The position numbers and the translations under genes were made by a program. The notes below the pieces were generated by a model. The model was not told the origin of the DNA. It was given only the letters and a program-made list of their open reading frames with translations, and did not search any database. A stretch of 64,000 nucleotides of DNA from Nitrospirales bacterium (GTDB taxonomy: Bacteria > Nitrospirota > Nitrospiria > Nitrospirales > UBA8639): contig OY820905.2 of the NCBI GenBank assembly GCA_963555755.3, forward strand, positions 2,432,001 through 2,496,000, read 5' to 3'. Shown here in pieces: positions 50,058 through 61,439 of this stretch (the first letter of the stretch is position 1; every line of letters begins with the position of its first letter).

Positions 50058-51067
50058 CTCGGCCGCTCCGACAACAACTCGCGCAGGCTCTCGAGATGGC
50101 CATAAGCCGGGGGCAGCCGGTTATCGACGATCCGCTCGATCAGGGCATGCGCTGCGCGGTTAAACGGCGCCGGAAACTCCCCGGCCAAGCGGATCAAATG
50201 TCCGTTGTAGGCATCAATTTCGGTTCGACCGGTACCAATATCCGGCGCCATCGAACAATATGTACCACGCAGCGAGGGCCGAAAAAAAATCGCCAGCAAC
50301 GACGCTAACCCCGGGTTCCGTAAGATGCGATCGACCGTATCCGGATGAAAAGGTCCAATTTTGGCGAGCGGGATTTGAGCATGTTTCAAGATTGCATAGT
50401 TCTCGCGCAGCAAACCAAAAAACAGCCGCTTGACCAACGGGTCTGTGATGAGCGCGCCGTTGTCAACACCGGCAGCCGCAGCGAGCGGTGATATTGCTGC
50501 GTTATACATGAGTTTAGTGGCTTTAAAGGGCAAGACATCATCGACCGATCGAACCGGAAATAACGAATTGTCGACCAGTAGATCGGTCAACCACTCGATG
50601 CGATGGCGCTCCGCGTCACTAACAGATCGTCTCGGCCCAATGTGCAGTTCCCCATCACGGGTAATGCGCGTGACCGGACGATCACGATCGCATTCGGATA
50701 CGAATGAGGCGATGCCTTCAGCCGCGTGCCGGTGAGCGTCGAGCGCCGGGGCAAAGCCATTTTGCACCGGTACCAGGAACGTCGCGGGGTCGAGTTTTTC
50801 GAGGACCGCCGCGTTGTCGTAGGTTTTGCAACACAGCAACACCGCGGCGTCCGCGGGCGCGAGCCAATCGCGAAAAGCGACCAGTGGAATTCGACGGTTA
50901 GGGAGACCCGCAACCGCGATTCCGTTTTGCTGCCCGGCCTCGAGTTTGTTCTGGTCGGACTCGATCAAGCGCACTGTTGCGCCGGTGATATCCAAAACGT
51001 AGGCGAGCGCCACACCGATGCCCCCGGCGCCGACGATATCGATGTGCATATTTGAACTACTCACCAT
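50054..51067 (-). CDS. Ketopantoate reductase (PanE/ApbA)-family protein
   Basis: GAGGIG, KTYD, QNG, KL.YNAAISPL, SM..D..GRTEIDAYNG. Confidence 0.82.
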   Translation of the reverse strand: MVSSSNMHIDIVGAGGIGVALAYVLDITGATVRLIESDQNKLEAGQQNGIAVAGLPNRRIPLVAFRDWLAPADAAVLLCCKTYDNAAVLEKLDPATFLVPVQNGFAPALDAHRHAAEGIASFVSECDRDRPVTRITRDGELHIGPRRSVSDAERHRIEWLTDLLVDNSLFPVRSVDDVLPFKATKLMYNAAISPLAAAAGVDNGALITDPLVKRLFFGLLRENYAILKHAQIPLAKIGPFHPDTVDRILRNPGLASLLAIFFRPSLRGTYCSMAPDIGTGRTEIDAYNGHLIRLAGEFPAPFNRAAHALIERIVDNRLPPAYGHLESLRELLSERPR

Positions 51068-51162
51068 TGTTTCCGCGTAATCGGTTATGTTATTAAAAAT
51101 TATAATTTCGTTTCATCACGGCGTGGATCCGGTTGTACAGGATCTGCCGAATGGGCCCAAAG

Positions 51163-51314
51163 GGTTCTGTCGCAAACAACGTTTTTGAAGGCAATAAGGG
51201 GTTTTATCTCCGTGTCCCGCAGACGAGAATTGTCAACTTTACTGGAGTTTTTCAACTTGGTCCAACATGAAAACCAGTGGCGTAACTCACAATTCTATTA
51301 TTTGCGACAGAACC
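51163..51314. mobile_element. MITE or remnant with IS6-like ends
   Basis: Perfect 14-bp IR ggttctgtcgcaaa / tttgcgacagaacc; no TSD seen. Confidence 0.7.
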
Positions 51315-51328
51315 TTAGTGCATGGGAG

Positions 51329-51604
51329 TTAGGCCCAACTGTCGCGATAAGCGCCAATTGCGTCTTGTAGCCAGCTCCAGTTCCAAGTGTGGCTCTGGTG
51401 GCCAGCAGTGGTGACAACAACGACATGAAATTCTGTTCCATCTTCGCTCCGCTTGCCGGTCGCAGCGATGGGTTCTGCTGACGGATCGTCTTCGGGCCTT
51501 ACCAAAACCCGGATTTCCTTGTTCGGCTTGGCGCTCTCGATGGTCGAACGGTTTAGGCTATTGCGAAAATCGAGGATGTAAGTGGGCGATTCGAACTCTT
51601 GCAT
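51329..51604 (-). CDS. Small hypothetical protein
   Basis: AGAGG upstream of the ATG; 91-aa ORF. Confidence 0.45.
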   Translation of the reverse strand: MQEFESPTYILDFRNSLNRSTIESAKPNKEIRVLVRPEDDPSAEPIAATGKRSEDGTEFHVVVVTTAGHQSHTWNWSWLQDAIGAYRDSWA

Positions 51605-52143
51605 TTGAACCTCTTAAAAAGGTTGGTGAACGATTCCGTAACTAATCTTCATGTGAAGTATGCACCAGTTCTCGGTTAAAAACTTACTAGGGTGCCCTTC
51701 GTGAAAGGAATTGTATGCTTCTTGGCGCGAAGATTGAAATAGAAAAGATGAGGGAAAGACGGATGGGGAAGGTGTGGTGTTAGGTAATTTTACCTACTAT
51801 TCCCATTTCAAAAAAATAGCACGTGTGCTACGAGGGGTCCGGCCATTGGCACCCCAACGAAACAATTGTGGGGATCGACTTTTTGCAGGAGCGATTTTTC
51901 GGGGGTTAGAGAAGCCAAAAATTCACGGCGAGAAATTTAGTCAAAGTGAACAGGTTGGCTAGGTTGCGCCTGGGTTGCGGATTTGCGGACAGGTGACCCT
52001 CTTTGGTCTATTCCTGTCCGCGTAAACTCAAGTATAATCAGTGTAATCAACAATCAGGAAGCAACTCTAACATCCCAGGTTGTGGCATGATCTGGTCTGA
52101 GCCATGTCGAACCATGAATGGGATTTTTGGCATCACTCCCAGT

Positions 52144-53349
52144 TTAGTTTTCTAAAAACTTCTGGGTCTCTTCGAGGTGTTTCTTCAGGTAGTCCATGAA
52201 GGGGGTTCCACCAGTCCCAACAGCATTGGAATTGCTGAGCCCACGATCCTTTTGGTGATGGATATAAGCTCCTGCATATTCAATGTGGGTCGCTCGAAAT
52301 CTGGTGAGCAACTGGACGCCTTGGCAATACGCTTTCCAGAGGTCGGGCTCTTTTTCTTTTCGATCCCGAACATATCCCCACAACAGCGGTCGGCCTTGAT
52401 CATCTTTGCGTGCTTCCAGATACTCGATAAACGCACGATGCTGAGGCGGCATGTACTGACGCATTTCATTCAAGTAATGGGTCAACGGATCATCGGCATG
52501 ACCCACCCCGAAGGCGGCATCCAGCGAAGGAATAATGGAGCTTTGCGCGCCGGTTTCCCCACGGAATTTTTGGGGCTGCCCCTGTATCTCTTCAACGCCT
52601 TCATACACAAGGCCATGGGGAAGCGCTGGATTATCCTTTGATCCATGAATGTATGGTCTCACCCGCTGATAATAGATGTAGGGATCACAGCGTTCCGGCA
52701 TGCGGTCAAGCGTCTGACACATGGCTTCCTGTGCCGCTGCGACGGCGCGTAAATGGGTGATCACTTCATCGACTTCATCCTCTGCCGCGGCCTCTTGCGC
52801 GTGGACGAGGCCGGCTAAGGCCATTCCGGCTTTGGCTTCGATATCGATATGGATTAACACGAACCACTCTTCGTCTAATCCACCCAAAAAGTTTTGAATC
52901 AATACGATATTATCCAAGACGATGGGTTTCGTCCGATCAAAGCGCCGCCAATTGTCCAGGGCATAAGAGGCGTAAGAAAGCACGGGAGGGCGGCCCAGTT
53001 TTTTCGCCATGTTCCACCATGGTATGGCTATCGCTGCTGGCAGGTGCTGGGCGACATCGTCTGGGTCTTCCCACACGTAGGCATGAGCCGCGAAGGATAG
53101 CACGCGAAACACGGCCCGATAGGTCTCGGGATCGTCGTGATGCAATTCGGCAGGCATCATCGTTTCCTGTTCATGGACCCAGTGACGAAATCGCCGAGCT
53201 GCCAGAAGCTTAGGGAGTTCCGTTCGGAGGTGGTCCAGCGCGGGATATGATGCCAGGCATTCAACGGGATCGTGATCCGGCAGAAACCCCCGCTCTTCAG
53301 ACATATCAAATTGAGTGAGGTCTAATACGTCGGCCGTCGCGTGCTTCAT
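52144..53349 (-). CDS. Bacterial indoleamine 2,3-dioxygenase family heme protein
   Basis: RGFLP, HAYVW, GRPP.LSYA.Y.L.NW, DE.WF.L.H..IE, GETGAQSS, MR.YMP..HR, GTGGTPF. Confidence 0.9.
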   Translation of the reverse strand: MKHATADVLDLTQFDMSEERGFLPDHDPVECLASYPALDHLRTELPKLLAARRFRHWVHEQETMMPAELHHDDPETYRAVFRVLSFAAHAYVWEDPDDVAQHLPAAIAIPWWNMAKKLGRPPVLSYASYALDNWRRFDRTKPIVLDNIVLIQNFLGGLDEEWFVLIHIDIEAKAGMALAGLVHAQEAAAEDEVDEVITHLRAVAAAQEAMCQTLDRMPERCDPYIYYQRVRPYIHGSKDNPALPHGLVYEGVEEIQGQPQKFRGETGAQSSIIPSLDAAFGVGHADDPLTHYLNEMRQYMPPQHRAFIEYLEARKDDQGRPLLWGYVRDRKEKEPDLWKAYCQGVQLLTRFRATHIEYAGAYIHHQKDRGLSNSNAVGTGGTPFMDYLKKHLEETQKFLEN

Positions 53350-53448
53350 GATGACACTCCTTTTATTGGAAGGGACCCGTAGTAATGCGTAAAGCGTGAT
53401 GCGAATAAGATGTTAAGTGATTTGTCTCCACGTATTACGCCTCACGCA

Positions 53449-54381
53449 TTACGTTTCACGTCTTCCCACTTGCTGTTCGGCATGATACGAGCTTCTTACC
53501 AGTGGCCCTGATTCCACATGCTGGAACCCGAAGGATAAACCTTCTTCTTTCAATGCTTGGAATTCTTCTGGCGTATAAAACCGAGCAACCGGGGCATGGT
53601 CTTTTGTTGGGCGCAGATATTGGCCAAGAGTCAAAATGTCGCATCCAACTGCTCGAAGATCGAGCATCACGTCCCTGAGCTCGTCAAAGGTTTCTCCCAA
53701 CCCTGCCATCAATCCTGATTTGGTCAGTGCTCCCATGGATTTGGCTCGGTCGAGCAGTTCAAGGGAGCGCTGGTATTTGCCTTGAGGCCGGATCGAAGGA
53801 AACAGTCGTGGGACGGTTTCAATATTGTGATTGAGAATATCTGGCTGCTCATTCATCACGGTGGCGAGAGCGGATTCTCGGCCTTGGAAGTCCGGGATCA
53901 ACACCTCAACAGTACACGTGGGTATCTTGTTCCGGATTTGGCGGATCGTGTCCGCGAAGAGTGAGGCTCCGCCATCCTCCAGTTCGTCCCGGTTCACGGA
54001 AGTGATGACAGCATGCCTCAAGCCCAGGGCCTGTACAGCATCGGCAACCCGAACTGGCTCGTCTAAATCCAACTCATTGGGACGGCCTGTCGTCACCGCA
54101 CAGTAATGGCACCGGCGTGTACAAATATCACCCAGAATGAGAAACGTTGCAGTGCGATTGTTCCAGCATTCCCAGACATTTGGGCACCGGGCTTCTTCGC
54201 ATATAGTGTGAAGCCCGCGTTCGGTCATAATCCGCCGGATTTCCTGGTAATCTGGGCCCTGTCGGATTTTGACCTTGAACCAAGGAGGAAGATGCCCGTT
54301 TGAGGTCTGTTTTCTTCCCCCCCATGTTGAGTGCCGAATCTCATTCATCCGCACAAAGGTTATCGTTTCGTTTCCAGTCAC
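53449..54381 (-). CDS. lipA: Lipoyl synthase
   Basis: CEEARCPNVWEC, CTRRCHYC, RSSYHA; start uncertain. Confidence 0.96.
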   Translation of the reverse strand: MTGNETITFVRMNEIRHSTWGGRKQTSNGHLPPWFKVKIRQGPDYQEIRRIMTERGLHTICEEARCPNVWECWNNRTATFLILGDICTRRCHYCAVTTGRPNELDLDEPVRVADAVQALGLRHAVITSVNRDELEDGGASLFADTIRQIRNKIPTCTVEVLIPDFQGRESALATVMNEQPDILNHNIETVPRLFPSIRPQGKYQRSLELLDRAKSMGALTKSGLMAGLGETFDELRDVMLDLRAVGCDILTLGQYLRPTKDHAPVARFYTPEEFQALKEEGLSFGFQHVESGPLVRSSYHAEQQVGRRET

Positions 54382-54444
54382 GTTTCTTTTCCTTTTGCTC
54401 TTTTGGAAAGTGACGAATCATCCGTCGTTATTATCTCGTGACTT

Positions 54445-54597
54445 GTCTGCCTGATCCCCTCGCCCCCGTGGCGGGGGAGAGGGCAAGAGTGAGGGGGGCA
54501 ACGAAGGTGCATAAGCGCGATCAATGACAAAACCGGGGTTAGAAAGTAGCCCCTCACCCCAACCCTCTCCCCACTGAACATGTGGGGAGAGGGAGTT
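54445..54597. repeat. REP-doublet element, copy 1 (copy 2 at 57511-57660)
   Basis: cccctcgccccc...gggggagaggg and cccctcaccccaaccctctcccc...ggggagagggag. Confidence 0.85.
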
Positions 54598-54643
54598 TTT
54601 AGCGGGCCAGCTGTTCGCCTTGGGTCATTCATATTTTGTTCTT

Positions 54644-55480
54644 TCACGAAATACGAGAGACGAACGACGAACCCAATCTGTTCATCCCCCTGCCAGAGAT
54701 TCGAACATGTGCATCACGGGATTTTGCATTTTTTTGCTGCTGTGTCGCGATGGCTTCCAGGACGGAGCCAATACCGTCTCCTTTGAGAGCCACGGTCGCG
54801 ACAACCTGGGGAACCCAGCCCTGTAAATCACGTAGCGTCGCCTCGGCACCATCTCGGTCAGCCTTGTTGACCACCACCAGGTGGGCAATCTCTAACAATC
54901 CAGCTTTCATCGCCTGAATCTCGTCTCCGAGTCCTGGAGCGACCACCACCACCACGGTCTGGGCAAACCGCGCGATTTCTCCTTCCTCCTGACCCATGCC
55001 AACGGTTTCAATCAACACCACATCAAATCCAGCGGCTTCGAGAACTTTAAGTGCGCATCCCGTGGCTTTGGCCAGTCCCCCACGGTGCCCCCGTGTGGCC
55101 ATGCTCCGAATATACACGTGCTCGTCTAGCGAATGGTCTTGCATACGAATTCGGTCACCCAAGATGGCTCCTCCGGAAAAAGGGCTGCTTGGATCAACAG
55201 TCAATATGCCAACGTTCTTGCCCTCTGCTCGATACGCGGCTGCAAGACGATTGATCAACGTGCTTTTCCCAGCACCGGGATATCCGGTTATGCCAATGAC
55301 CGATGTTCGTCCAGATGAGGATCCAAGCTGGTTAATGAGTTCAGTGGCCTGGGTAAGATTGGATTCGGCCATGCTGATTAAACGGGAGACCGCACGAAGG
55401 TTTCCGCTTTTAGCTTGGTTCCAGAGGGACACGGGTTTATTGAGATCCTCTTCACGAACAGTCATTTGAGTTCCATCCAT
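54644..55480 (-). CDS. meaB: Methylmalonyl-CoA mutase-associated GTPase MeaB
   Basis: GITG.PGAGKST, VDPSSPFSGGAILGDRIRM, ETVG.GQ.E, NKAD. Confidence 0.93.
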   Translation of the reverse strand: MDGTQMTVREEDLNKPVSLWNQAKSGNLRAVSRLISMAESNLTQATELINQLGSSSGRTSVIGITGYPGAGKSTLINRLAAAYRAEGKNVGILTVDPSSPFSGGAILGDRIRMQDHSLDEHVYIRSMATRGHRGGLAKATGCALKVLEAAGFDVVLIETVGMGQEEGEIARFAQTVVVVVAPGLGDEIQAMKAGLLEIAHLVVVNKADRDGAEATLRDLQGWVPQVVATVALKGDGIGSVLEAIATQQQKNAKSRDAHVRISGRGMNRLGSSFVSRIS

Positions 55481-56412
55481 TAACCAGTATTAGCCCCAAC
55501 CATGGTTGAATTAGGCGGAGCGCTAAACGTTGAAGACAGAGTGTGCCCTAATTCTTTTGTGATTATCCCAAATGCTTCAACGACTTGTTTTTCATTGACT
55601 GCCAGGTGGGCATTCTGGGCTTTGAACGCTCTGACCAAGTCTTCGGTGGCCACATTGCCCGGGGCTCCTGGCGCATACGGGCACCCACCTAAGCCACCCG
55701 CACTCCCATCAAAATGTGTGATGCCAAACTGTTCCCACGCCATCAACGCATTGGCGATAGCCAACCGATACGTGTCGTGGAGATGCAAGCCGAGTCGCGC
55801 AGGAGGCCATTCCGCACACACGGTTTCTAACAAGGCCCGCATGTCATGAGGAGAGGCCTTGCCGAGTGTTTCGCCCAACGCGATCTCCTCCACGCCGATA
55901 TCCTGAAGCTGGCGCATGACCATCATCACGGCCTCCGGAGCAATTCGACCTTCATACGGACACACCACCACCGTTGAAATGTACCCTCGCACCTTCAATC
56001 CGGTTTGCTTTGCCCGAGACACCACGGGACGAAGGCGGGCGATGGATTCGGCAATGGTGGCATGAATATTATGTTGATTGAAGGAATTGGACGCCGCAGT
56101 GAAGACCGCAATTTTATCCACGCCAGCGGCTAATGCCCGCTCCAAGCCTTGTTCATTGGGCACCAGAGCCGTATACGTAACGCCCTTGGTTCGATTGATC
56201 TGCCGGAAGACTTCGTCGGTGTCTTTCATTTGCGGAACGGCCTTGGGTGACACAAAGGCGCCGACTTCGATTTCGGAGACCCCAGTGGCCGACAAGGCAT
56301 TAATAAAATTGACTTTCGTTTCAAGTGACACCTGTGTGCCTTCATTTTGGAGCCCATCCCTTGGCCCGACCTCGGTAATCCGAATGATCGTTGATTGTTG
56401 TTTTTCAGGCAT
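55480..56412 (-). CDS. Hydroxymethylglutaryl-CoA lyase
   Basis: EVGPRDGLQNE, HLHDT, GLGGCPYAPGA.GNVATED. Confidence 0.95.
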   Translation of the reverse strand: MPEKQQSTIIRITEVGPRDGLQNEGTQVSLETKVNFINALSATGVSEIEVGAFVSPKAVPQMKDTDEVFRQINRTKGVTYTALVPNEQGLERALAAGVDKIAVFTAASNSFNQHNIHATIAESIARLRPVVSRAKQTGLKVRGYISTVVVCPYEGRIAPEAVMMVMRQLQDIGVEEIALGETLGKASPHDMRALLETVCAEWPPARLGLHLHDTYRLAIANALMAWEQFGITHFDGSAGGLGGCPYAPGAPGNVATEDLVRAFKAQNAHLAVNEKQVVEAFGIITKELGHTLSSTFSAPPNSTMVGANTG

Positions 56413-56449
56413 ATTCACTCCCAAGGAACTATCCAGGTTGTAAGGGGCA

Positions 56450-56630
56450 AGGTTCAAAGTTCAGGGTTCAAAGTTCAGGGTTCAAAGTTCACGGTTCAGG
56501 GTTTTCGGATCACGGATCCTAACCCGAACCCCTGAACCTTGAACCCTTGAACCTTAATCCTCTGAACCTTGAACCCCTGAACCTTGAACCCTTGAACCTT
56601 AATCCTCTGAACCTTTAAACCCTGAACCCC
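56450..56630. repeat. Inverted tgaaccc/tgaactt-type short repeat array
   Basis: ggttcaaagttcag units followed by many tgaaccc/tgaacct units. Confidence 0.85.
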
Positions 56631-57460
56631 TAAACCTTAACCCCTGAATCTGACACCTGCGAAGAGGTTTTCACCCAATGCGGAGATCGCTTTTCAACAA
56701 AAGCCAACAGTCCCTCTGCTGCCTCAGCCGACCCTCGCATCTCAGCATTCACGCGGGTGCATAGAGGCCACTTGTCTTGATCCGGAAGTGCAAGGAGTAT
56801 CCGCAGGAATTTCTTCGTTTCCTTAATGGCTTCAGGTGCTCCTTGAAGGATATGTTCAATGAGCAGGTGAATGTGGCTATCGAGCTCCTCAGCTGGCACC
56901 ACTTCCTGAACCAACCCGACCTGTTTGGCAACATCGGCTGAAAAAATTTCTCCAGTCAAACACAAACGGGTCGTCTGGGAAACGCCAAGTCGTCGCAGCA
57001 AATAGGGCGCGATAATCGCTGGAATCAAACCCAACCGGACTTCGCGAAAGGCAAACTGGGCATCTGGTGAGGCTACAGCCATATCACACGCGGCAATGAG
57101 GCCCGCTCCTCCTCCAAAGGCTGCTCCGTGGACTCGGGCAATCACAGGATAGGGGCACTCGTCGATTGCCTGATACATCTGCAAAAGGTTTTCGGCGGCC
57201 TGCACTCGTTGGACTTTCGAGATTTGGTCGGTCGTAGTCAACCACTTGAGGTCCATCCCTGCGCTGAAGGTAGGGCCGGCTCCACCCAGGATGATGACCC
57301 GAACGTTCGGGTTTTGGCTAAGCCCCTGAAAAAGAGTAGCCAGTTCAATCACCATTTGAGGATTGAAGGCATTTCTGACCTCAGGTCGGTTCAAGGTCAC
57401 CTGGGCCACTGTATCCTGAATCTCAATTTTGACTGTCTCGAAATGTTTCATTGTGTTCAC
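56630..57460 (-). CDS. Enoyl-CoA hydratase (methylglutaconyl-CoA hydratase-like)
   Basis: LNRPEVRNAF, FSAG.DL, GGG.GL..ACD, EVRLGLIPA.I. Confidence 0.9.
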   Translation of the reverse strand: MNTMKHFETVKIEIQDTVAQVTLNRPEVRNAFNPQMVIELATLFQGLSQNPNVRVIILGGAGPTFSAGMDLKWLTTTDQISKVQRVQAAENLLQMYQAIDECPYPVIARVHGAAFGGGAGLIAACDMAVASPDAQFAFREVRLGLIPAIIAPYLLRRLGVSQTTRLCLTGEIFSADVAKQVGLVQEVVPAEELDSHIHLLIEHILQGAPEAIKETKKFLRILLALPDQDKWPLCTRVNAEMRGSAEAAEGLLAFVEKRSPHWVKTSSQVSDSGVKV

Positions 57461-57510
57461 TCTAATTCGTATCTCGTATCTCGTCGTTCGAATTTCGTAA
57501 CTCGTGCCTC

Positions 57511-57660
57511 GTCTGTCTGATCCCCTCGCCCCCGTGGCGGGGGAGAGGGCAAGGGTGAGGGGGGCAACGAATAGGCATACCCTCGTCCAAAGGCAAAACC
57601 GGAATGAAGTAGCCCCTCACCCCAACCCTCTCCCCACCAAACATGTGGGGAGAGGGAGTT
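57511..57660. repeat. REP-doublet element, copy 2
   Basis: Homologous to 54445-54597. Confidence 0.85.
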
Positions 57661-57804
57661 AGGCGCTGGCCAATTCACAAATTGCATAAACCGTTCCTCT
57701 ATCCGTTTTTGTGCTACTCGATATCTACAATTGAAATTCAACACCGACGTCATTCGTATTTCCTTCTTTCAGGAAATACAAGGTGCGAAATACGAACGAC
57801 GGAT

Positions 57805-59412
57805 TTACCATCTGGACACAGGTTGCAGCGTAATGCCTCTTCTTGGGCGATAGACAATGTCCAGGCAAAGTCCGATCACCTTTCGTGTGTCAGCCGGGTC
57901 TATGATTCCGTCATCCCAAAGATGGGCAGAGGAATAGTAGGCACTCCCTTCCTGTTCATATTGTGCCAAAATGGCTTCGGTTTGTTTCTTCATCCCTTCT
58001 TCCGAGACTGCTCGTCCTTGCTGAGCAGTCTGAGCTTTCTTAATAGTGCTCAACACTTGAGCGGCCTGCGGGCCACCCATGACAGAAGTCCGGGAATTTG
58101 GCCACGTAAACAGGAATCGAGGGTTATACGCTCGACCACACATGGCATAATTTCCTGCTCCATGGGAGGCCCCAATAATTACAGTTAATTTAGGAACTTT
58201 TGAAGTCGCCACAGCTTGAACCATTAATGCGCCAGCTTTGATGATCCCCCGTTCCTCTTGCTGTTTTCCCACCATAAAGCCTGGAATATTTTGGAGGAAT
58301 ATCAGAGGAATGTTGCGCTGAGAGCACAGTTGAATGAAGTGTGCCCCCTTCGATGCTGATTCGATGAACAGGACGCCATTGTTGGCCACAATGCCAACGC
58401 GGTGTCCCATCCACTGTGCAAAGCCACACACCAATGTGGTTCCATACCGGGGTTTGAATTCTTGGAATCGGCTGCCATCAACCAGACGAGCAATGATGTC
58501 TTTGATTTCAAAGAGCTGGCGTGTGGTATTGGGAATCAAACTGTAGAGGTCCCTGCTGGGGTAGAGCGGCTCTTCCGGCTCGGATCGTTGACCGAAGCGT
58601 CGAGAGGGCTCTCCCCAATTCGACACGAGGTCTCGACAGAGTTCCAAGGCTTCCTGGTCACTTTCCGCAAGGTAGTCGCTCACGCCTGACAGGCGAGTGT
58701 GAAGATCAGCTCCTCCCAAGGCTTCTGCTGTGACATCTTCACCCGTTGCGGCTTTGACGAGCGGTGGCCCAGCCAAATAAATGGTCCCCGTGCCCTTGAC
58801 GATAATGTTCTCATCGCACATGGCCGGCACATAGGCCCCGCCTGCCGTACACATCCCCATCACCACGGCGAGTTGAGGGATGCCCATGGCCGACATGCGG
58901 GCTTGGTTAAAAAAGATTCGGCCAAAATCGTTTTTGTCTGCGAACACTTCGGCTTGCTTGGGAAGGAACACGCCACCGGAATCAACGAGATAAATCGCCG
59001 GCAGCCGATTTTGAAAGGCCACTTCTTGAGCGCGAAGGTGCTTCTTAATGGTCAGAGGAAAATAGGTTCCGCCTTTCACAGTGGCATCATTAGCCACGAT
59101 CACGCAGGGTCGCCCGGACACCATCCCAATCCCGCTGATCAGTCCAGCGGATGGAACATGATTGTCGTACAAATCCCAAGCGGCTAATGGGCTGAGTTCC
59201 AACCAAAACGACTCCGGATCAAGCAGCGCCGCAATCCGTTCGTGAGCCAAGAGTTTGCCTCGCTTGCGATGAAGCGCAACAGCATCTGAAGAGCCACCGC
59301 TGTGAACATGTTTTAAACGGTCCCGCAACTCGGACAGAAGTTGGTCGTTATGCACGTGATTCCCTTTGTAGGGATCAGCTGTAGAATCAATGGAAGAGTG
59401 AAGTGCTTTCAT
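57805..59412 (-). CDS. 3-methylcrotonyl-CoA carboxylase beta (carboxyltransferase) subunit
   Basis: [45 protein letters not shown]. Confidence 0.93.
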   Translation of the reverse strand: MKALHSSIDSTADPYKGNHVHNDQLLSELRDRLKHVHSGGSSDAVALHRKRGKLLAHERIAALLDPESFWLELSPLAAWDLYDNHVPSAGLISGIGMVSGRPCVIVANDATVKGGTYFPLTIKKHLRAQEVAFQNRLPAIYLVDSGGVFLPKQAEVFADKNDFGRIFFNQARMSAMGIPQLAVVMGMCTAGGAYVPAMCDENIIVKGTGTIYLAGPPLVKAATGEDVTAEALGGADLHTRLSGVSDYLAESDQEALELCRDLVSNWGEPSRRFGQRSEPEEPLYPSRDLYSLIPNTTRQLFEIKDIIARLVDGSRFQEFKPRYGTTLVCGFAQWMGHRVGIVANNGVLFIESASKGAHFIQLCSQRNIPLIFLQNIPGFMVGKQQEERGIIKAGALMVQAVATSKVPKLTVIIGASHGAGNYAMCGRAYNPRFLFTWPNSRTSVMGGPQAAQVLSTIKKAQTAQQGRAVSEEGMKKQTEAILAQYEQEGSAYYSSAHLWDDGIIDPADTRKVIGLCLDIVYRPRRGITLQPVSRW

Positions 59413-61355
59413 GATGCAACTTTCTCACATTGGTTAGGTGTCCTAGGTATTTCCGGGGCTTGAGTCCCGTAATCATTCAGGCCGCGTTGGATAATTCCGC
59501 GAGAGAGAAAAGAATAATGCCCGTGCATGGCTTCTCTCCCCACCGCAGTGCTGTTGTGGTCGTCGTTGTAAATCAGTTCGTGGATCGTCTGGTCAATTCG
59601 TATTCTCCCAGTACGATAGACTTCTTCAGCGAGATCCCACACACGGCTATCGCCATGAATCCGATGTTGGGATTCAGCGAATAAGGCTGTCGCGGCGATG
59701 GTCAACATGTCTTCTCCCACCATTTCAATCCTATTTTGTCGGCCTTGATCCTCTTGAAGATTCTCTCGATGAATGGCCATGGCGTATAAGATCGTTCGCG
59801 CCAGACGACGGCTCGCCCCTTCGAGAAATCGAAATTTCTTGTAGACCTTCGGGTGTTCGATCTCGGGCCGTTGGGGAAGAAGGTTTGGTTTCCACTGCCC
59901 CACATACCATGGGATGTAATAGAGGATCAGTTTGAGAAGTTCACTTATTCGGCTTGTCTGTGTTTGGGAGGGCTCCAAATAGGCTTTCCCTCGTTCGAGA
60001 TGAGGATTGAGCCCTTCACGAGCCACGAATGGACGTAAGATATCGGTTGCGCCTTCGCCAATGCGATACATCTCAGCGTCGCGCACGAGTTGTTCCATGA
60101 GAAACGCAGGTTCGCCACGAAAACGCTTGGAGTCCGCGGTCTCGTAGCCCATTCCTCCAAAGATGGTCTGGGCATCTTTGAGGAATTGAATGGTGTGTTC
60201 AGAACAGAAAATTTTGGCAATGGCGGCTTCGATTCTAATGTCGTAGCTTTTCTGATCGGCCATGCGCCACACGAGTGAGGACAACGCTTCCATGGCGAAG
60301 AGATCAACCGCCATTCGTCCGGCCCGCATGACTTGTGTGTGCCGTGCAGAGAGGGGTTTCTGAAAGGTCATGCGGGTATTGGCTCGATCCAAAGTGGGCT
60401 GCCATGCTTGCTTTGCCATCCCCAGGCAAATGGCGGGAATACTAATGGCACGGCCGACGTTGAGGATCGTCAGGGCATATTTCAGACCTTTTCCGATTTC
60501 ACCAATCACATTTTCGACGGGGACGCAGACGTTCTTGAACGTCATATGCGCATTTTCTATTCCTCGGCATCCCTCAAACTGACATCGCTGATGAACGACC
60601 ACACCTGGGGACGTCATTTCTAAGATAAACGCCGTATGAACCCTGTCATGCACATCTTTTTCACCTGAGACAGGAACCCAGCGAGTGTTCCCTTTGTGGG
60701 TTTCTTTTCGCGCCGGAACTCGGGCAATGAGGGTAATAACGCTGGCGATTGGTCCATTCGTGCACCAGAGCTTTTCTCCGTTGATTCGAAAATGCGTACC
60801 TGATGCGTCCAGGACCGCTTCCGTCTGAACATTGGCGGCATCAGAGCCGGTGTTGGGTTCTGTGAGCGCAAAAGCGGAAATTTCATTGCGAGCCACCCGC
60901 GGGAGGTATTTCTTTTTTTGGTCTTCATTCCCAAAGAGCAGAATAGGCATCGCGATGCCGATCGATTGTGGAACCGCGACGGTAAGCGCCAAGATATTGC
61001 TCCAACTGGCGATCAGCGTCAGCACCCGGCCATAGTTCGTATAAGAAAACTCCAGCCCTCCATACTCTTGCGGGATTTTCATGCCAAAGGCTCCGAGCTT
61101 GAACAGCCCCTTCAGGACGTGTTCGGGAATCTTAGCCGTTCGCTCGATTTCGTCCGGGTCTACATGGTTCCTGAGAAACGATTCGATTTTGTGGCAATAG
61201 GCCTCTCCAATCTCTCTTTCTGCGTCAGTCTCTTCCGGGGGAAGCAGTAACGCAAAATTGGGTTTCCCAACAAACACCCCTGCCATGAAGCTTGAGCCCG
61301 TGAGGTGCTCACGGGCTTCTTCAATCCGTTCAAAACCTTTAAACAGTCCGGCCAT
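59409..61355 (-). CDS. Acyl-CoA dehydrogenase (long, VLCAD/FadE-like)
   Basis: AFALTEP..GSDA, GEKLW.TNG, GG.GY, RIGEGA. Confidence 0.92.
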   Translation of the reverse strand: MAGLFKGFERIEEAREHLTGSSFMAGVFVGKPNFALLLPPEETDAEREIGEAYCHKIESFLRNHVDPDEIERTAKIPEHVLKGLFKLGAFGMKIPQEYGGLEFSYTNYGRVLTLIASWSNILALTVAVPQSIGIAMPILLFGNEDQKKKYLPRVARNEISAFALTEPNTGSDAANVQTEAVLDASGTHFRINGEKLWCTNGPIASVITLIARVPARKETHKGNTRWVPVSGEKDVHDRVHTAFILEMTSPGVVVHQRCQFEGCRGIENAHMTFKNVCVPVENVIGEIGKGLKYALTILNVGRAISIPAICLGMAKQAWQPTLDRANTRMTFQKPLSARHTQVMRAGRMAVDLFAMEALSSLVWRMADQKSYDIRIEAAIAKIFCSEHTIQFLKDAQTIFGGMGYETADSKRFRGEPAFLMEQLVRDAEMYRIGEGATDILRPFVAREGLNPHLERGKAYLEPSQTQTSRISELLKLILYYIPWYVGQWKPNLLPQRPEIEHPKVYKKFRFLEGASRRLARTILYAMAIHRENLQEDQGRQNRIEMVGEDMLTIAATALFAESQHRIHGDSRVWDLAEEVYRTGRIRIDQTIHELIYNDDHNSTAVGREAMHGHYSFLSRGIIQRGLNDYGTQAPEIPRTPNQCEKVAS

Positions 61356-61439
61356 GTCTTACCTCATGGGGATGTAATGCGTGATCCGTAATGCGTAAGC
61401 CGTCAATTTTTCTTTTCTCTACGCATAACCCATCACGCA

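Noticed and set aside
56450..56630. CRISPR array (also 33563-33751)
   Set aside because: Short 7-8 nt tandem units without unique spacers; no cas genes
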